A stretch of DNA of 64,000 nucleotides, from positions 704,001 to 768,000 of the forward strand of contig CBDHDF010000010.1 of the NCBI GenBank assembly GCA_965261545.1, given 5' to 3'. The notes under the pieces are model-generated. The model did not search any database, had not been told where the DNA came from, and worked only from the letters and a program-made list of their open reading frames with translations. The position numbers and the translations under genes are program-made. This stretch comes from Bdellovibrionales bacterium. GTDB taxonomy: Bacteria > Bdellovibrionota > Bdellovibrionia > Bdellovibrionales > UBA1609. Of this stretch, positions 1 to 10,821 are shown piece by piece. The stretch's first letter is position 1. Every line of letters starts with the position of its first letter.

Positions 1-411
1 CACCACTTTATTTTGCCCATGTTATGCTATATGGTGGGGTCCTTTACCGTTCTCACCCAGTTTATGAAAAACAACCTGCTGGAAGAAATCAATAAAGACT
101 ATGTGAGAACGGCCCGCTCCAAGGGGCTATCCCCCAAAATTGTCATTTATAAACACGCCCTGCGAAATGCTCTTGTCCCCATAGCCACAGGTGTGGGCGG
201 TATCTTTGGCATTTTCCTTGCCGGCTCTCTTATTATTGAAAAGGTCTTCAACATCCAAGGCATTGGGCTGCTCGCCTTTGATTCAGCTATATCCAGGGAC
301 TACAATGTCATTATGGCCTTGATATTTATCCAATCTCTTATCCTCATTGCCGGCCGCCTTGTCAGCGACCTCACTTACGTGCTCATAGATCCAAGGATTG
401 ATTTCTCATGA
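1..411 (+). CDS. yejB: Peptide/microcin C ABC transporter permease (YejB/OppB-like), 5' partial
   Basis: EAA-loop region DYVRTARSKGL...HALRNAL and C-terminal DPRIDF; frame is open from the window start. Confidence 0.8.
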   Translation, partial: HHFILPMLCYMVGSFTVLTQFMKNNLLEEINKDYVRTARSKGLSPKIVIYKHALRNALVPIATGVGGIFGIFLAGSLIIEKVFNIQGIGLLAFDSAISRDYNVIMALIFIQSLILIAGRLVSDLTYVLIDPRIDFS

Positions 412-1430
412 TAGGAAAAATGCTCAAGGACCCCCTCTCCCAGAAGAGGTGGAAGGTTTTTAAGTCACGCAAAACTAGCTGGATTGCCCTTTGGTTTTTC
501 TTTTTTATTCTCTTCCTCAGTGTCACAGCTGAACTATGGTCCAACAGCAAACCTCTTATATTGTCCCACCAAGGCTCTCTATACTTCCCCGCCCTTAAAA
601 GATACTCCCCCAAAGAGTTTGGAATCGAAAATCAATATGTCACCAACTACAGAAGGTTAAAATTAAGTGAAACCGACTGGGCCATATGGCCCCTTGTCCC
701 CTGGGACCCCTACGAAAGTAATTTAGAGGTGGATCACTTCCCCAGCCCTCCAAGTTCCACCAATTGGATGGGCACCGACGATCGAGGACGAGATGTTTTG
801 GCAAGACTCCTCTATGGTTATCGATACAGCATTATGTTTTCCATTTGCATTTGGTTTTTTTCCTATATCATCGGAAGCCTTTTAGGTGGGCTTATGGGTT
901 ATTTTGGAGGTTTTATAGACATCATAGGTCAGAGATTTGTGGAAATTATAGAGTCTCTTCCTATTCTTGTGGTTCTCATCACCCTCAGCACGGTCTTGGG
1001 AAGAAGCTTTTCTTTTCTTGTCACCTTCTTTTCCCTCATTGGATGGGTGGGAATCTCCCTTTATATGAGGGCAGAGTTCTTGAGACTTCGCAAAATGTCC
1101 TTTGTGGAAGCAAGCCGCGCCATGGGACGCACCAACTGGGGAATCATTGTCCATCATATTTTTCCCAATGCCCTAAACCCCATTATTACCTTCTCTCCCT
1201 TTGTCCTTGCCAGTTCCATCAGTTACCTAGCCACCCTGGACTATCTCGGCTTTGGCCTCGTGCCCCCCACCCCCAGTTGGGGAGAACTTCTCTCCCAAGC
1301 GGAAAAGCACTTCACTGTAGCGTGGTGGCTCGCCCTATTCCCCTCCCTGGCTCTGCTTTCCACCCTGCTCTCCCTCACTCTCATTGGAAATGGAGCAAGA
1401 GACGCCTTTGACCCCAAGGAATTATCATAA
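408..1430 (+). CDS. yejE: Peptide ABC transporter permease (YejE/OppC-like)
   Basis: WMGTDDRGRDVLARLLYG, RAEFLRLR...FVEASRAMG, PPTPSWGELL, RDAFDP; ATGA overlap with the upstream permease. Confidence 0.85.
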   Translation: MIGKMLKDPLSQKRWKVFKSRKTSWIALWFFFFILFLSVTAELWSNSKPLILSHQGSLYFPALKRYSPKEFGIENQYVTNYRRLKLSETDWAIWPLVPWDPYESNLEVDHFPSPPSSTNWMGTDDRGRDVLARLLYGYRYSIMFSICIWFFSYIIGSLLGGLMGYFGGFIDIIGQRFVEIIESLPILVVLITLSTVLGRSFSFLVTFFSLIGWVGISLYMRAEFLRLRKMSFVEASRAMGRTNWGIIVHHIFPNALNPIITFSPFVLASSISYLATLDYLGFGLVPPTPSWGELLSQAEKHFTVAWWLALFPSLALLSTLLSLTLIGNGARDAFDPKELS

Positions 1431-1605
1431 CTCTCCTTGAGTCTATCGTATTGGGTCGTAAATAATAATCCAATAACCTTGATAGGGGAGCTTTTATAGG
1501 ATACAAGGGAGAACCTGTAGTTTTATTCAAAGCTTTGTCGCACAAGTGCACAAGGCTCAACCACAAAAGATGGAATCACAGTTTTAGAGTTTGGAGGACG
1601 GCACG

Positions 1606-1788
1606 ATGGCCAAGAAAAAAGGGAAAGTTCGCATTGTAACCCTTGAGTGCACAGAAGCTCGCCAGACAGGAAATTCACCCTCAAGATACACAACAAAAAA
1701 AAATTTTCAAACCCACCCTGAGCGACTTGAAAAGAAAAAATACAATCCTCATTTGAGAAAACATACTCTTCATAAAGAAATCAAATAA
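1606..1788 (+). CDS. rpmG: 50S ribosomal protein L33
   Basis: [17 protein letters not shown]...RYTTKKN...[29 protein letters not shown] before ATG 1606. Confidence 0.95.
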   Translation: MAKKKGKVRIVTLECTEARQTGNSPSRYTTKKNFQTHPERLEKKKYNPHLRKHTLHKEIK

Positions 1789-1803
1789 GAGGAAGGCAAT
1801 ACA

Positions 1804-2916
1804 GTGCATCATTACACCCAAGGCTTGCCCACTCAACAGGGGCACAAAGGCATTCCGGAGGGGCACTTTGAAGAAGAGCAGGGCCTCGGAGGTTTCTATG
1901 GCCCTGTTTCCCACCTTATTCGCAAAAAGCCCAGCACGAGGTGGGTGGACATCGAAGGCCCCCTCAAGCCAAGGCTTTTGGATCTGACCCAACTCAACCA
2001 AAAAGATGGCCAGCACAGACTTTTTTACAATTCCCACATCACAATTTCCATGATGATGAAAGGCGCAAGTGCCCCATCCCATGAGTGGCTGGCCCAACGA
2101 AATGCCGACGGAGATTTGATTTATTTCTGCCACCAAGGAGCTGGCGAGATATTTACAGAATACGGTCATCTTACCTACAAGTCCGGTCACTATATTGTCA
2201 TTCCAAAGTGCGTCGCCCACTTGATTCAGCCCTCTGAACCATCTTTTTTCCTCACCATCGAAAATCGAAGCAGCCACTACAAAGAGCCTCTCCGGGGAAT
2301 GGTGGGCCGCCATGCTCTCTACGACACCAATACACTTGGTAAACCTTGCCTTGAGTCTCTTCACCAACGCCTCCAAGAGTTCAACAAAAAAATTCTTTGC
2401 GTTCATGTAAAACACCAAGATTCATTGACAAAATTTAAATACTCCGAGTGTATCTTTGATGTTGTCGGCTGGAAGGGGGATCTCTTCCCCTTCACCCTCC
2501 ATATGGATGATATCATGCCACTAATGAGTCACAGAGCCCACTTACCACCCAGTGCTCACACCACCTTTACAGCCAAGGAGTTTGTCATTTGTACATTTCT
2601 ACCCCGACCCCTTGAAAGCGACAAGGACGCCCTCAAAGTGCCATTTTACCACCAAAATATCGACTACGATGAAGTCTTATTTTACCACGATGGCAACTTT
2701 TTTAGTCGAGATAATTTACATGCTGGTATGATAACATTTCACCCCGCAGGCTTTCCCCATGGCCCTCACCCCAAAGCCGTTGAAGCCATTCAGGGCAAAA
2801 CCCATACCGATGAATACGCTGTCATGATTGACTCTCGCTGGCCTCTCCAACGCCATACCCCTGTCACCAAAAATATCGAAATAAAAAACTACTGGAAGTC
2901 TTGGCAATCAAAGTAA
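1804..2916 (+). CDS. hmgA: Homogentisate 1,2-dioxygenase
   Basis: RNADGD, FDVVGWKG, HLPPSAHTTF, VPFYHQNIDYDEVLFYH, HPAGFPHGPHP, EYAVMID. Confidence 0.9.
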   Translation: MHHYTQGLPTQQGHKGIPEGHFEEEQGLGGFYGPVSHLIRKKPSTRWVDIEGPLKPRLLDLTQLNQKDGQHRLFYNSHITISMMMKGASAPSHEWLAQRNADGDLIYFCHQGAGEIFTEYGHLTYKSGHYIVIPKCVAHLIQPSEPSFFLTIENRSSHYKEPLRGMVGRHALYDTNTLGKPCLESLHQRLQEFNKKILCVHVKHQDSLTKFKYSECIFDVVGWKGDLFPFTLHMDDIMPLMSHRAHLPPSAHTTFTAKEFVICTFLPRPLESDKDALKVPFYHQNIDYDEVLFYHDGNFFSRDNLHAGMITFHPAGFPHGPHPKAVEAIQGKTHTDEYAVMIDSRWPLQRHTPVTKNIEIKNYWKSWQSK

Positions 2917-2928
2917 TGAAGTAATTCT

Positions 2929-4191
2929 ATGAAATCTATGAAAATGCGGATAGGAACTCATGTGGGCCCCGAACAAGCCATGGGGCTAGCCATTAAAAAA
3001 GCTTGGATGGGTGCGGGAAGGGTGAAAACAAACCCCATGGTGGGCTGCGCTATTGTCGCTAAAGATGGAAGGCTCATTTCCTTGGGTTATCACAAAGTCT
3101 TTGGTGGAGACCATGCCGAAGTCGATGCCCTCAAGCAAATCAAAGACCCTAAGCTTTTAAAGGGCGCCACCGTCTTTGTCACCCTTGAACCCTGCTCCCA
3201 CCATGGCCAAACCCCCCCCTGTGCCCATAAACTTGCCCAGCTTCCCCTTCAATCTGTCATTTACGGCTGCAAAGACCCCAACAAAATCGCCTCAGGAGGA
3301 AGCGAAATACTTCAATCCAAGAGCATCGAAGCCATTGAGTACTCCCAAAAGTATTCCAAAAAGAACTCTGAAAACCAGCGCCATAAGAGCGTGGCGAAAA
3401 GGCTCCTCGAACTCAATGAAGTTTTTTTACATAATATTCGCCACCAAAGCGCCTTTATAGCCCTGAAAGTCGCCACAAGTCTTGATGGCTCACTGGCTCT
3501 TAAAAATGGAGCAAGCCAATGGATTACCAATAAATTGGCCCGGGAAAAGGCCCATGAACTCAGGGGGCAATACAATGCCACCCTCATTGGGGTTCAAACC
3601 TACCTCCACGACAACCCCCACCTTAATATAAGATCATCCTTCTACAAAGGTTGTAAAAACAAGGTCATTATTCTCGATCCCCAGGGCCGAAGCCTCCCCA
3701 CCCTAGGAGAATCCAACCTTATTCAGTGCCACGATCCCGATGATATTTATATTATTGTCACAGAAGAAACTAAAAACCATTTCATAGGCATAAGAAAAAC
3801 CCTAAAGCACACCAAATCCTTGCAAAAAATTCATATTTACGCTACAAAACAAAACTCCCGGCAAGAAATCCAACATAAAATAAGAACAGAAATGGCACCC
3901 GGTTACATCGACTTAAAAAAGCTCGGAGAAGACCTTTACAGAAAGTTTCATATCTCCTCTGTCCTCGTTGAAGGTGGGGCGGCCACCCACTCTCATTTTA
4001 TCAATCAAAAAAGGGGGCAAAAAATATATCAATTTATAGCGCCATCTATTCTTGGAGGTCTCCATGGTCGAAATTGGGCCCAAAATGTGAGAGTAACATC
4101 TATGGAGAATCGAATTGAAGTTAATATCAGCCATATAGAGTCCATGGATAGCAACATTCTTCTAACAGGTTACTTTCCAAGGTCAAAGTGA
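2929..4191 (+). CDS. ribD: Bifunctional riboflavin deaminase/reductase RibD
   Basis: NPMVG, HAE, TLEPCSHHGQTPPC, SLDG...SQWIT, VLVEGG. Confidence 0.93.
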   Translation: MKSMKMRIGTHVGPEQAMGLAIKKAWMGAGRVKTNPMVGCAIVAKDGRLISLGYHKVFGGDHAEVDALKQIKDPKLLKGATVFVTLEPCSHHGQTPPCAHKLAQLPLQSVIYGCKDPNKIASGGSEILQSKSIEAIEYSQKYSKKNSENQRHKSVAKRLLELNEVFLHNIRHQSAFIALKVATSLDGSLALKNGASQWITNKLAREKAHELRGQYNATLIGVQTYLHDNPHLNIRSSFYKGCKNKVIILDPQGRSLPTLGESNLIQCHDPDDIYIIVTEETKNHFIGIRKTLKHTKSLQKIHIYATKQNSRQEIQHKIRTEMAPGYIDLKKLGEDLYRKFHISSVLVEGGAATHSHFINQKRGQKIYQFIAPSILGGLHGRNWAQNVRVTSMENRIEVNISHIESMDSNILLTGYFPRSK

Positions 4192-5813
4192 GTCCCCTTA
4201 CAACCCATATGTCCAGCATATCCAAAGAAAACCTTATTAAGGAGTTACAAGATACCTTTCACCTTTCGTCTTTTCGTCTTGGACAAGAAGAAATTATTTC
4301 TTCCATTCTTTTACACCATGATGTCTTAGCTATCCTGCCCACGGGGGGTGGAAAATCCCTGTGTTATCAACTTCCCTCTCTCATCAAGGGGGGCCTGACC
4401 CTTGTCATCTCTCCTCTCATTGCTCTCATGAATGATCAATCCATAGCTCTTAGAAGGCTCCGTATACCTGCCGGCTGCATACACTCAGGCATGAATATGG
4501 ACCAAAGGCGACAAATATTCAAAGAAATGAAAACCAGTGATCATTACATCTTATATCTATCCCCAGAACGGACAAAAAAACCTGGGTTTATCCATTGGTT
4601 ACGTCAGCAAAATGTCGCCTTGTTTGCCATTGATGAGGCTCACTGCATCTCTCAGTGGGGTCATGACTTTAGACCTGAATACGCACAGCTCTCAACACTT
4701 AGAGAAATCAAACCCAAAGTTCCCATGGTGGCTCTCACAGCCACAGCAACTCCTTTGGTCAAGCAAGATATCATTCGCCAGCTGTCTTTGCAAAAGCCCC
4801 ACCAACATGTCTATGGCTTCTACCGCCCCAATCTCTACTATCAAGTTGAATTTTGCTACGATGATGAAGACAAGAAGTCCTATGTTACTGGAGCTATTCA
4901 ACAAACCCCCCATGGACGTGTCCTCATCTATTGCGGCACAAGAAAGCATTCAGAGTCATGGGCGGAATATTTAGTCTCCCTGGGAGAATCTGCTACCTTT
5001 TACCATGCAGGCATGCCATCGACGCAGCGCATTCAAGTGGAAACAGCTTATCAAAACGGAGATGTGAGAATTCTTGCCGCCACCAACGCTTTTGGTATGG
5101 GAATCGATCACCCCGATGTACGCCTCGTCATTCATACACAGATGCCGGGAAATATAGAATCCTATTACCAAGAAATCGGACGGGCAGGTCGAGACGGCCA
5201 GCCCTCCACATGCCTGCTCACCTACTCTAAAAAAGACAAAGGTCTCCAAGCCTATTTTATCGATCAAGCCGATGTGAGCAAAAAAATAAGAATACAAAGA
5301 TGGACAGCACTCAAGGCTATGACACAATACGCTGAGAGTTCTGAATGCCGCCATGGTGAAATCTTAACCTATTTTAAAGATAAACAGCGGATTAAAAGGT
5401 GTGGACACTGTAGTTCATGTGCTCCCCAATCCCCACGAAGAATCACCTCTTCTGAGAACACCCAACATTTAAGCAGCTCCTCCGTCCGAAAAAGATCAGC
5501 ATCCATAACTATAACGCCTCGGGTAAAGAAGCAAAGTTCTCGTAAAAAAATCAACACTCCTCCCCATAACAACCTCACACAAAAGCAAAAAATTCACTTA
5601 GAAACTCTACGTCAGTGGCGTAGAAATTACGCAAGGCAACAGGACGTCCCCGTGTTCATGGTGTGCAGTGATGCTATTCTTCGAGAATTCATTATTCACC
5701 AACCCCAAAACTTTAGTGAACTTAAAAATATTCAAGGACTCAAAAGCAAACAAATCGAATCCTTTGGACAAGAAATTCTCAACCAAATAAACTCCTTGAC
5801 CTCGGCCCAGTGA
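4188..5813 (+). CDS. recQ: RecQ-family ATP-dependent DNA helicase with C-terminal HRDC domain
   Basis: PTGGGKSLCYQLP, DEAHCISQWGHDFRP, QEIGRAGRDG, RQC Cys cluster, HRDC-like tail. Confidence 0.93.
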   Translation: MSPLTTHMSSISKENLIKELQDTFHLSSFRLGQEEIISSILLHHDVLAILPTGGGKSLCYQLPSLIKGGLTLVISPLIALMNDQSIALRRLRIPAGCIHSGMNMDQRRQIFKEMKTSDHYILYLSPERTKKPGFIHWLRQQNVALFAIDEAHCISQWGHDFRPEYAQLSTLREIKPKVPMVALTATATPLVKQDIIRQLSLQKPHQHVYGFYRPNLYYQVEFCYDDEDKKSYVTGAIQQTPHGRVLIYCGTRKHSESWAEYLVSLGESATFYHAGMPSTQRIQVETAYQNGDVRILAATNAFGMGIDHPDVRLVIHTQMPGNIESYYQEIGRAGRDGQPSTCLLTYSKKDKGLQAYFIDQADVSKKIRIQRWTALKAMTQYAESSECRHGEILTYFKDKQRIKRCGHCSSCAPQSPRRITSSENTQHLSSSSVRKRSASITITPRVKKQSSRKKINTPPHNNLTQKQKIHLETLRQWRRNYARQQDVPVFMVCSDAILREFIIHQPQNFSELKNIQGLKSKQIESFGQEILNQINSLTSAQ

Positions 5814-5942
5814 ATTGTAAGTCTCAAACTGACCCAAGTCTGGGACTTACGGGAAGAACTCTTCCAACCTATGCAATAAATCACTGCAAACATATTTAAT
5901 TATTTTAAATGAAATAAAAGTGCCTTCCATAGGATTAAGTAC

Positions 5943-5969
5943 TAAAAAATATCACTTCTATTCCGATAA
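5943..5969 (+). promoter_or_regulatory. Putative sigma28 (FliA) promoter
   Basis: TAAA-N15-TCCGATAA (consensus TAAA-N15-GCCGATAA) ending 8 nt before ATG 5978. Confidence 0.55.
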
Positions 5970-5977
5970 GATCACTA

Positions 5978-7969
5978 ATGAAATACAGTGATCTTAGTAT
6001 TCTTATCGTAGATGATGATGCCTCAATACAAGAATCTCTCTCCAAGGCTCTTGAAAGCGCAGGCTTTAAGGTCATCGTTGCAGGAAAACCTGCCGAGGCT
6101 TTAAGTATACCCAAAGTCCAGCAAATTCATGGCGTCATTATGGACTGCATGTTGCCTGGAAAAAATGGTGTCGAACTCGCTATAGATATAAGAAGATTCA
6201 TGGCCGATACCGACTTTATCTTCTTCATAACTGGAATTTATAAAGACAAGCGCTTTGCCAAAGAAGCCATACGCAAGGTCAATGCCGAAAGATTCTTTTA
6301 CAAGCCCTTTGATGTGATGGAGCTTATCTCTGCGATCAAAAATAAGGTCAACCAATCCTTAGATGAAGAGGAGCCCTCGCCAACCACGACACTCCCAAGT
6401 ATCCTATCTAAAATAACACCCTCCATAGGTGAAGTGGGCCAATCTCTCGAATCACAAGACCAATCCAATGGTTTTCATCTATCTTTTTACCTTCCCACTC
6501 TCATGCTTCTTGGAGCAACAGGTCACCTCCATATTATGAGTATTGCCAACCAAAGAAAATCCTCCATTGAACTCGTCAAAGGAAAAATAAGGGAAATCTA
6601 TAGTGAAAATGCCCTTAAAATAATAGGTGAATTACTTATCAAACAAGGATTGCTCAATCCAGATGAATACAGAGAAATAACAAATAAGACCAAAAAAGAA
6701 AACTTTACGTCGGCCCTTGTTGATGACCACTGGATCAGCCCCCATGCCATGGTAGAACTCAAAAAAGAACAGATTTTTTTAGAGCTTGAAGAAATCATGG
6801 GAACCAACCACGTTCAAATAAGCTTCACTCCAAAACAAGATAACATCCCCTCTCCCTGTGATATAGATTATAAAACTCTTCAGTCATCACTATTTGAAAT
6901 CATAGAGTTTCAAATTTCAGACGAATGGCTAAAAGATTTCTATGCACCACACATAAATTCCTCCGTCGTTATGAAAATCGAAGTCAACAGAAATCACCCC
7001 ATATTTAAGTACCCCGTCACCAGGAAAATTGAAAACTTATTTGATTTACTCGCAAAAAGCCCTACACTTAAAGAAATACTAAGTGATGAAATAAAAATAC
7101 CTAAATCTATATTATATCAATCTCTTCATGCCCTCACTATCAATCAATCAATTATTTTTGTCGATAAAACTAAACAAAAAAAAGAAGCGAAAACTTCTGA
7201 AGTAACAGTCATTTCTGAGAACAAAATACTCTCACGACTCAACATACTGTTAGATGGCATAAAAGACAAATCTCCTCCTGAAATCTTCTGTTATTTAGGA
7301 TCTTCAGAAGAAGTCACTAAGAAAGAGGCTCAAGAAATATTTAAAACTTTTTCAGAATCAAATCACCCTAATCAACTCCCACCCAATGCTTCAAATAAAA
7401 TAAAATCACTCAATCAAAAAATATTTTCTTATGTTTCAGATGCTTACGAAATCATAACAAATGACGAAAAAAGGAAAAAATATAATTCAAAAATTGAATC
7501 AAAAGAGCTAGAACTTCAATCAAAGGCCAAAGTTCTTATTGAAAAGGGGGTTATTAACTTAAGACGTGGACATTTTGAAGAAGCCATAGAAGAAATTAAA
7601 GCTGCTCATCAGTGCCACGAAAGCCATCAAACTCTTCTTTATTTATTTTGGGCCAGATTGAAAATGTATCAAGATAAGATAAAGCCTGAAATGATCACAG
7701 AAATAAACAATGGTATTATGGGCCTTCCCAGCCATTATAGAAAAAGTGAAATTTATCATCTTGTTTATGGGTTACTCAAAAAAGCAGAAAATAACTTTTT
7801 AGAAGCCGGAAATTCCATGAAAAAAGCCCTACAAATAAACCCAAGCTTCTTCGATGCCAGAAAAGAATTAATGGATATTATCAAAGAAGATAAAAGAAAG
7901 AATCAAAATTTATTTACAGGTGACTTTTCTACAGTTGTGAGTGGTTTTTTTAAGAAAAAAGGTAGTTAA
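5978..7969 (+). CDS. Response regulator: REC + central domain + degenerate J-domain + TPR
   Basis: ILIVDDD/IMDCMLP/ITG/YKPF receiver motifs; NHPNQ...VSDAYEIITNDEKRKKY J-like domain; TPR-like C-terminus. Confidence 0.8.
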   Translation: MKYSDLSILIVDDDASIQESLSKALESAGFKVIVAGKPAEALSIPKVQQIHGVIMDCMLPGKNGVELAIDIRRFMADTDFIFFITGIYKDKRFAKEAIRKVNAERFFYKPFDVMELISAIKNKVNQSLDEEEPSPTTTLPSILSKITPSIGEVGQSLESQDQSNGFHLSFYLPTLMLLGATGHLHIMSIANQRKSSIELVKGKIREIYSENALKIIGELLIKQGLLNPDEYREITNKTKKENFTSALVDDHWISPHAMVELKKEQIFLELEEIMGTNHVQISFTPKQDNIPSPCDIDYKTLQSSLFEIIEFQISDEWLKDFYAPHINSSVVMKIEVNRNHPIFKYPVTRKIENLFDLLAKSPTLKEILSDEIKIPKSILYQSLHALTINQSIIFVDKTKQKKEAKTSEVTVISENKILSRLNILLDGIKDKSPPEIFCYLGSSEEVTKKEAQEIFKTFSESNHPNQLPPNASNKIKSLNQKIFSYVSDAYEIITNDEKRKKYNSKIESKELELQSKAKVLIEKGVINLRRGHFEEAIEEIKAAHQCHESHQTLLYLFWARLKMYQDKIKPEMITEINNGIMGLPSHYRKSEIYHLVYGLLKKAENNFLEAGNSMKKALQINPSFFDARKELMDIIKEDKRKNQNLFTGDFSTVVSGFFKKKGS

Positions 7970-8019
7970 TAAAAATCGTACTTTGCACGACGGTGGATGG
8001 CTGCGTCATCAGCGTGCTG

Positions 8020-8784
8020 CTATTTGTCATCATGGTCGTCCTTGACATCTCGATTGAGAAAAGGGGTGAACATATCTAGGGGCAGGGGAACAATCACTGT
8101 GTGACTTCCCTCACCGCTAATCTCTGTGAGAGTTTGTAAGTAGGCAAGTTGCAAAGCAGAGGGAGAGGAGGCCAATTGATTGGATGCCTTAGAAAGCATC
8201 TCTGATCTTTGAACCTCTCCCTCAGCACTAATAACCTTGGCACGCCTTTCTCTCTCTGCCTCAGCTTCACGAGCCATTGCCCTTTGCATTTCTTTAGGTA
8301 AATCAATGTGCTTGACTTCCACCAAGGTGATTTTAATTCCCCATGGCTCCGTGGCCTTATCGAGGATATTTTGAAGGGCGTGGTTAATCTTATCACGGTT
8401 GGAGAGCAATTCATCCAACTGGTACTGACCTAAAACCGAACGCAAAGTGGTTTGGGCGAGTTGGCTTGTGGCAAAAAAGAAATCCTCCACCTGAGTGATA
8501 GCCATTTCAGGCCCAATCACCCTAAAGTAAATCACGGCATTGACTTTAAGAGTCACATTGTCCCTTGTGATAACATCTTGAGGTTGAATATCCATGGTGA
8601 TCGTACGGGTATCAATGCGGATAATTCTTTCCACAAGAGGAATCACAAAAATCAGACCTGGGCCACGAATCCCAATGGAACGACCAAAACGAAGAATCAC
8701 TCCTCGCTCCCATTCGGAAAGAATTTTAATCACTGAAGCCAAAAGGAAGACAACTCCTATAACAAGCACTAATAAGAATGACAT
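8020..8784 (-). CDS. SPFH/stomatin (slipin) family membrane protein
   Basis: [50 protein letters not shown]. Confidence 0.92.
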   Translation of the reverse strand: MSFLLVLVIGVVFLLASVIKILSEWERGVILRFGRSIGIRGPGLIFVIPLVERIIRIDTRTITMDIQPQDVITRDNVTLKVNAVIYFRVIGPEMAITQVEDFFFATSQLAQTTLRSVLGQYQLDELLSNRDKINHALQNILDKATEPWGIKITLVEVKHIDLPKEMQRAMAREAEAERERRAKVISAEGEVQRSEMLSKASNQLASSPSALQLAYLQTLTEISGEGSHTVIVPLPLDMFTPFLNRDVKDDHDDK

Positions 8785-8845
8785 AATTTCTCCTTTGTAT
8801 TGTTCTGTTGGTTCTTATGTTGTATTTTCTTAAATGCTTCTATCA

Positions 8846-10267
8846 CTAATCCACTTTAGATACAACAAGAGTGAGCCCCTTATAGGACTCCACCCTAAGG
8901 GAGTCGCCCAAGTCCACCTTTTCGCCACACTTGAATTTCCATATTTCTCCATGAATCTCCATGAGGCCCGTCCACCCCCGGGCCTGAATCACTTGGCCTT
9001 GGCGATGAAGCAGTTCATCGCCCCCCCCTTGTTTCTTGATATGACGAGTTTGGTAGGCCATAAATGCGATCCCCAAAGTAACAAGTCCCAGTAACAAAGC
9101 CATGGCTACAATCAAACCTATGGACAGGTGGATCCCCGTGACCTCGGGATCAAATAGAAATAAACTCCCAATCACAAAAGAAGAAATTCCCCCAATCCCA
9201 AAGGTGCCAAAACTTGGCACAAAAGCCTCGACCAAAAGCAAAGCCAAGCCTAAGAAAATGAGAGCTACACCGCCCCATGTCACATCCATCTTATGAAGGC
9301 TCACCAGAGAGACCAACAAACCCACCCCACCCATAACCCCTGGAACAATAGTTCCAGGGTGAGTGATTTCAAAGTACAACAAACCCAAGCTAGCCATCAT
9401 CATCATGTACGCCATTTGTGGATCGGTAATAAAGGAGATCGCCCTGTCCCTCAGTCCCTCCTCCATGGAGTGAAGGGGGCCCACAACCACATGACGCTCC
9501 TCTTTACCCACCATTTTTACCTGGCGCCCATGGGCCCACTCCAAGAACTCTACTTTGGTGCTGGCCACAAAATCAATGGCCTTGAGTTTGAGGGCTTCTT
9601 GAGAGGACACAGCCTTGGCCTCCGTCACAATCTCCTGGGCAAACTTTTGGCTCCGATCACGATGCTGGGCAATACCCTCAAGCCAACTCTTTACATCATT
9701 GATCATCTTTTTTCTTAAGTCCTTGGACATGCTTTGCCCCGATCCACTGATAGGAGTGGCGGCCCCAATATTAGTGGCCTCCATAGCCCCTACCACATGA
9801 CAGGACTGAAGGATAATAGCTCCCGCACTTCCTGCATGTCCCCCTGATGGGTGGACCAAGCACAATATGGGAATGGGAGAGTTGAGAATACCTTCAACAA
9901 TCTTTCGTGTGCTTTGAAGAGACCCCCCAGGAGTGTTGATAAGGATTAAAAGAGACCCACAGGATTTTTTTTGAGCCACTTCTAGTCCCCTTTCCAAACG
10001 ATAGAGACTGTACAAGCCAATGGTCTCCTTCATTTTGATTTCCACGGTGCAGGCCGCCGCTTCTCCCTGGGGTAGGAAGAACCCCAAAGCCAACATAAAG
10101 CTGAAAGTAAAGCTAAAAGTACAGTTGAAAATAAGATTGCAAACAAGATTGAAAATAAACCGGTCCTTTCTCACTCTCTTCATTGATCTCATCATCCTCC
10201 TTTTTAATCCTTCTCCAAGACCAATGCAATACTCAATGCACTTCATCACAACGCGCAGAAGCTTCAC
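8846..10267 (-). CDS. nfeD: NfeD family membrane-bound serine protease (partner of stomatin); start uncertain
   Basis: NTPGG, AGSAG, TNIGAATP, TM segments, C-terminal OB fold with HGEIW; adjacent to SPFH gene. Confidence 0.88.
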   Translation of the reverse strand: MKLLRVVMKCIEYCIGLGEGLKRRMMRSMKRVRKDRFIFNLVCNLIFNCTFSFTFSFMLALGFFLPQGEAAACTVEIKMKETIGLYSLYRLERGLEVAQKKSCGSLLILINTPGGSLQSTRKIVEGILNSPIPILCLVHPSGGHAGSAGAIILQSCHVVGAMEATNIGAATPISGSGQSMSKDLRKKMINDVKSWLEGIAQHRDRSQKFAQEIVTEAKAVSSQEALKLKAIDFVASTKVEFLEWAHGRQVKMVGKEERHVVVGPLHSMEEGLRDRAISFITDPQMAYMMMMASLGLLYFEITHPGTIVPGVMGGVGLLVSLVSLHKMDVTWGGVALIFLGLALLLVEAFVPSFGTFGIGGISSFVIGSLFLFDPEVTGIHLSIGLIVAMALLLGLVTLGIAFMAYQTRHIKKQGGGDELLHRQGQVIQARGWTGLMEIHGEIWKFKCGEKVDLGDSLRVESYKGLTLVVSKVD

Positions 10268-10525
10268 AAAAAATTCCTCTTACTTATTTTTCATGGTTCA
10301 AAAAATCAACCAATCAACCAATCATAGGTCTAAATTTGAAAAAAAATCTTCACAAACTCTTTATGAAAAACAACATAAGCCGACAAGAAGAAGTAAGTAA
10401 GAAGTCTCTCATTTTAGTACATATGATACCAACTTTCGTAGAGCTTCTCAATAAAAGCATCCATAAAACAACAAATAAGTAGATGTATCTTTAAACAAGA
10501 AAAGTAGAAAAGTTTAGGTGATTTT

Positions 10526-10801
10526 ATGAATACAAAAAGAAAGTCAATTCCTCTTGATAAAAAACAAATCATAGAAAAAAGGGCGCCAGAAAAGCCACAT
10601 TTTTTGAATGATTCCTCTCCCCCCAGTATGAAAGAACACCTGCAAGAGCAACTTGTTGAAAAATACAACACCTGTTGCCTCTGCGGAACCACCCTTGAAT
10701 TTACACATGTCACTCATTTCGTAAACGACATTGTTATCGAAGAAACAAACTGCCCTCGCTGTATGGTCAAAACGAAAAAACAAACTCATATTCTACAATA
10801 A
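10526..10801 (+). CDS. Small hypothetical protein with putative zinc ribbon
   Basis: CCLCG...CPRC pairs; AGGTG RBS before ATG. Confidence 0.6.
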   Translation: MNTKRKSIPLDKKQIIEKRAPEKPHFLNDSSPPSMKEHLQEQLVEKYNTCCLCGTTLEFTHVTHFVNDIVIEETNCPRCMVKTKKQTHILQ

Positions 10802-10821
10802 ACGTCATTTTCTACATACAT

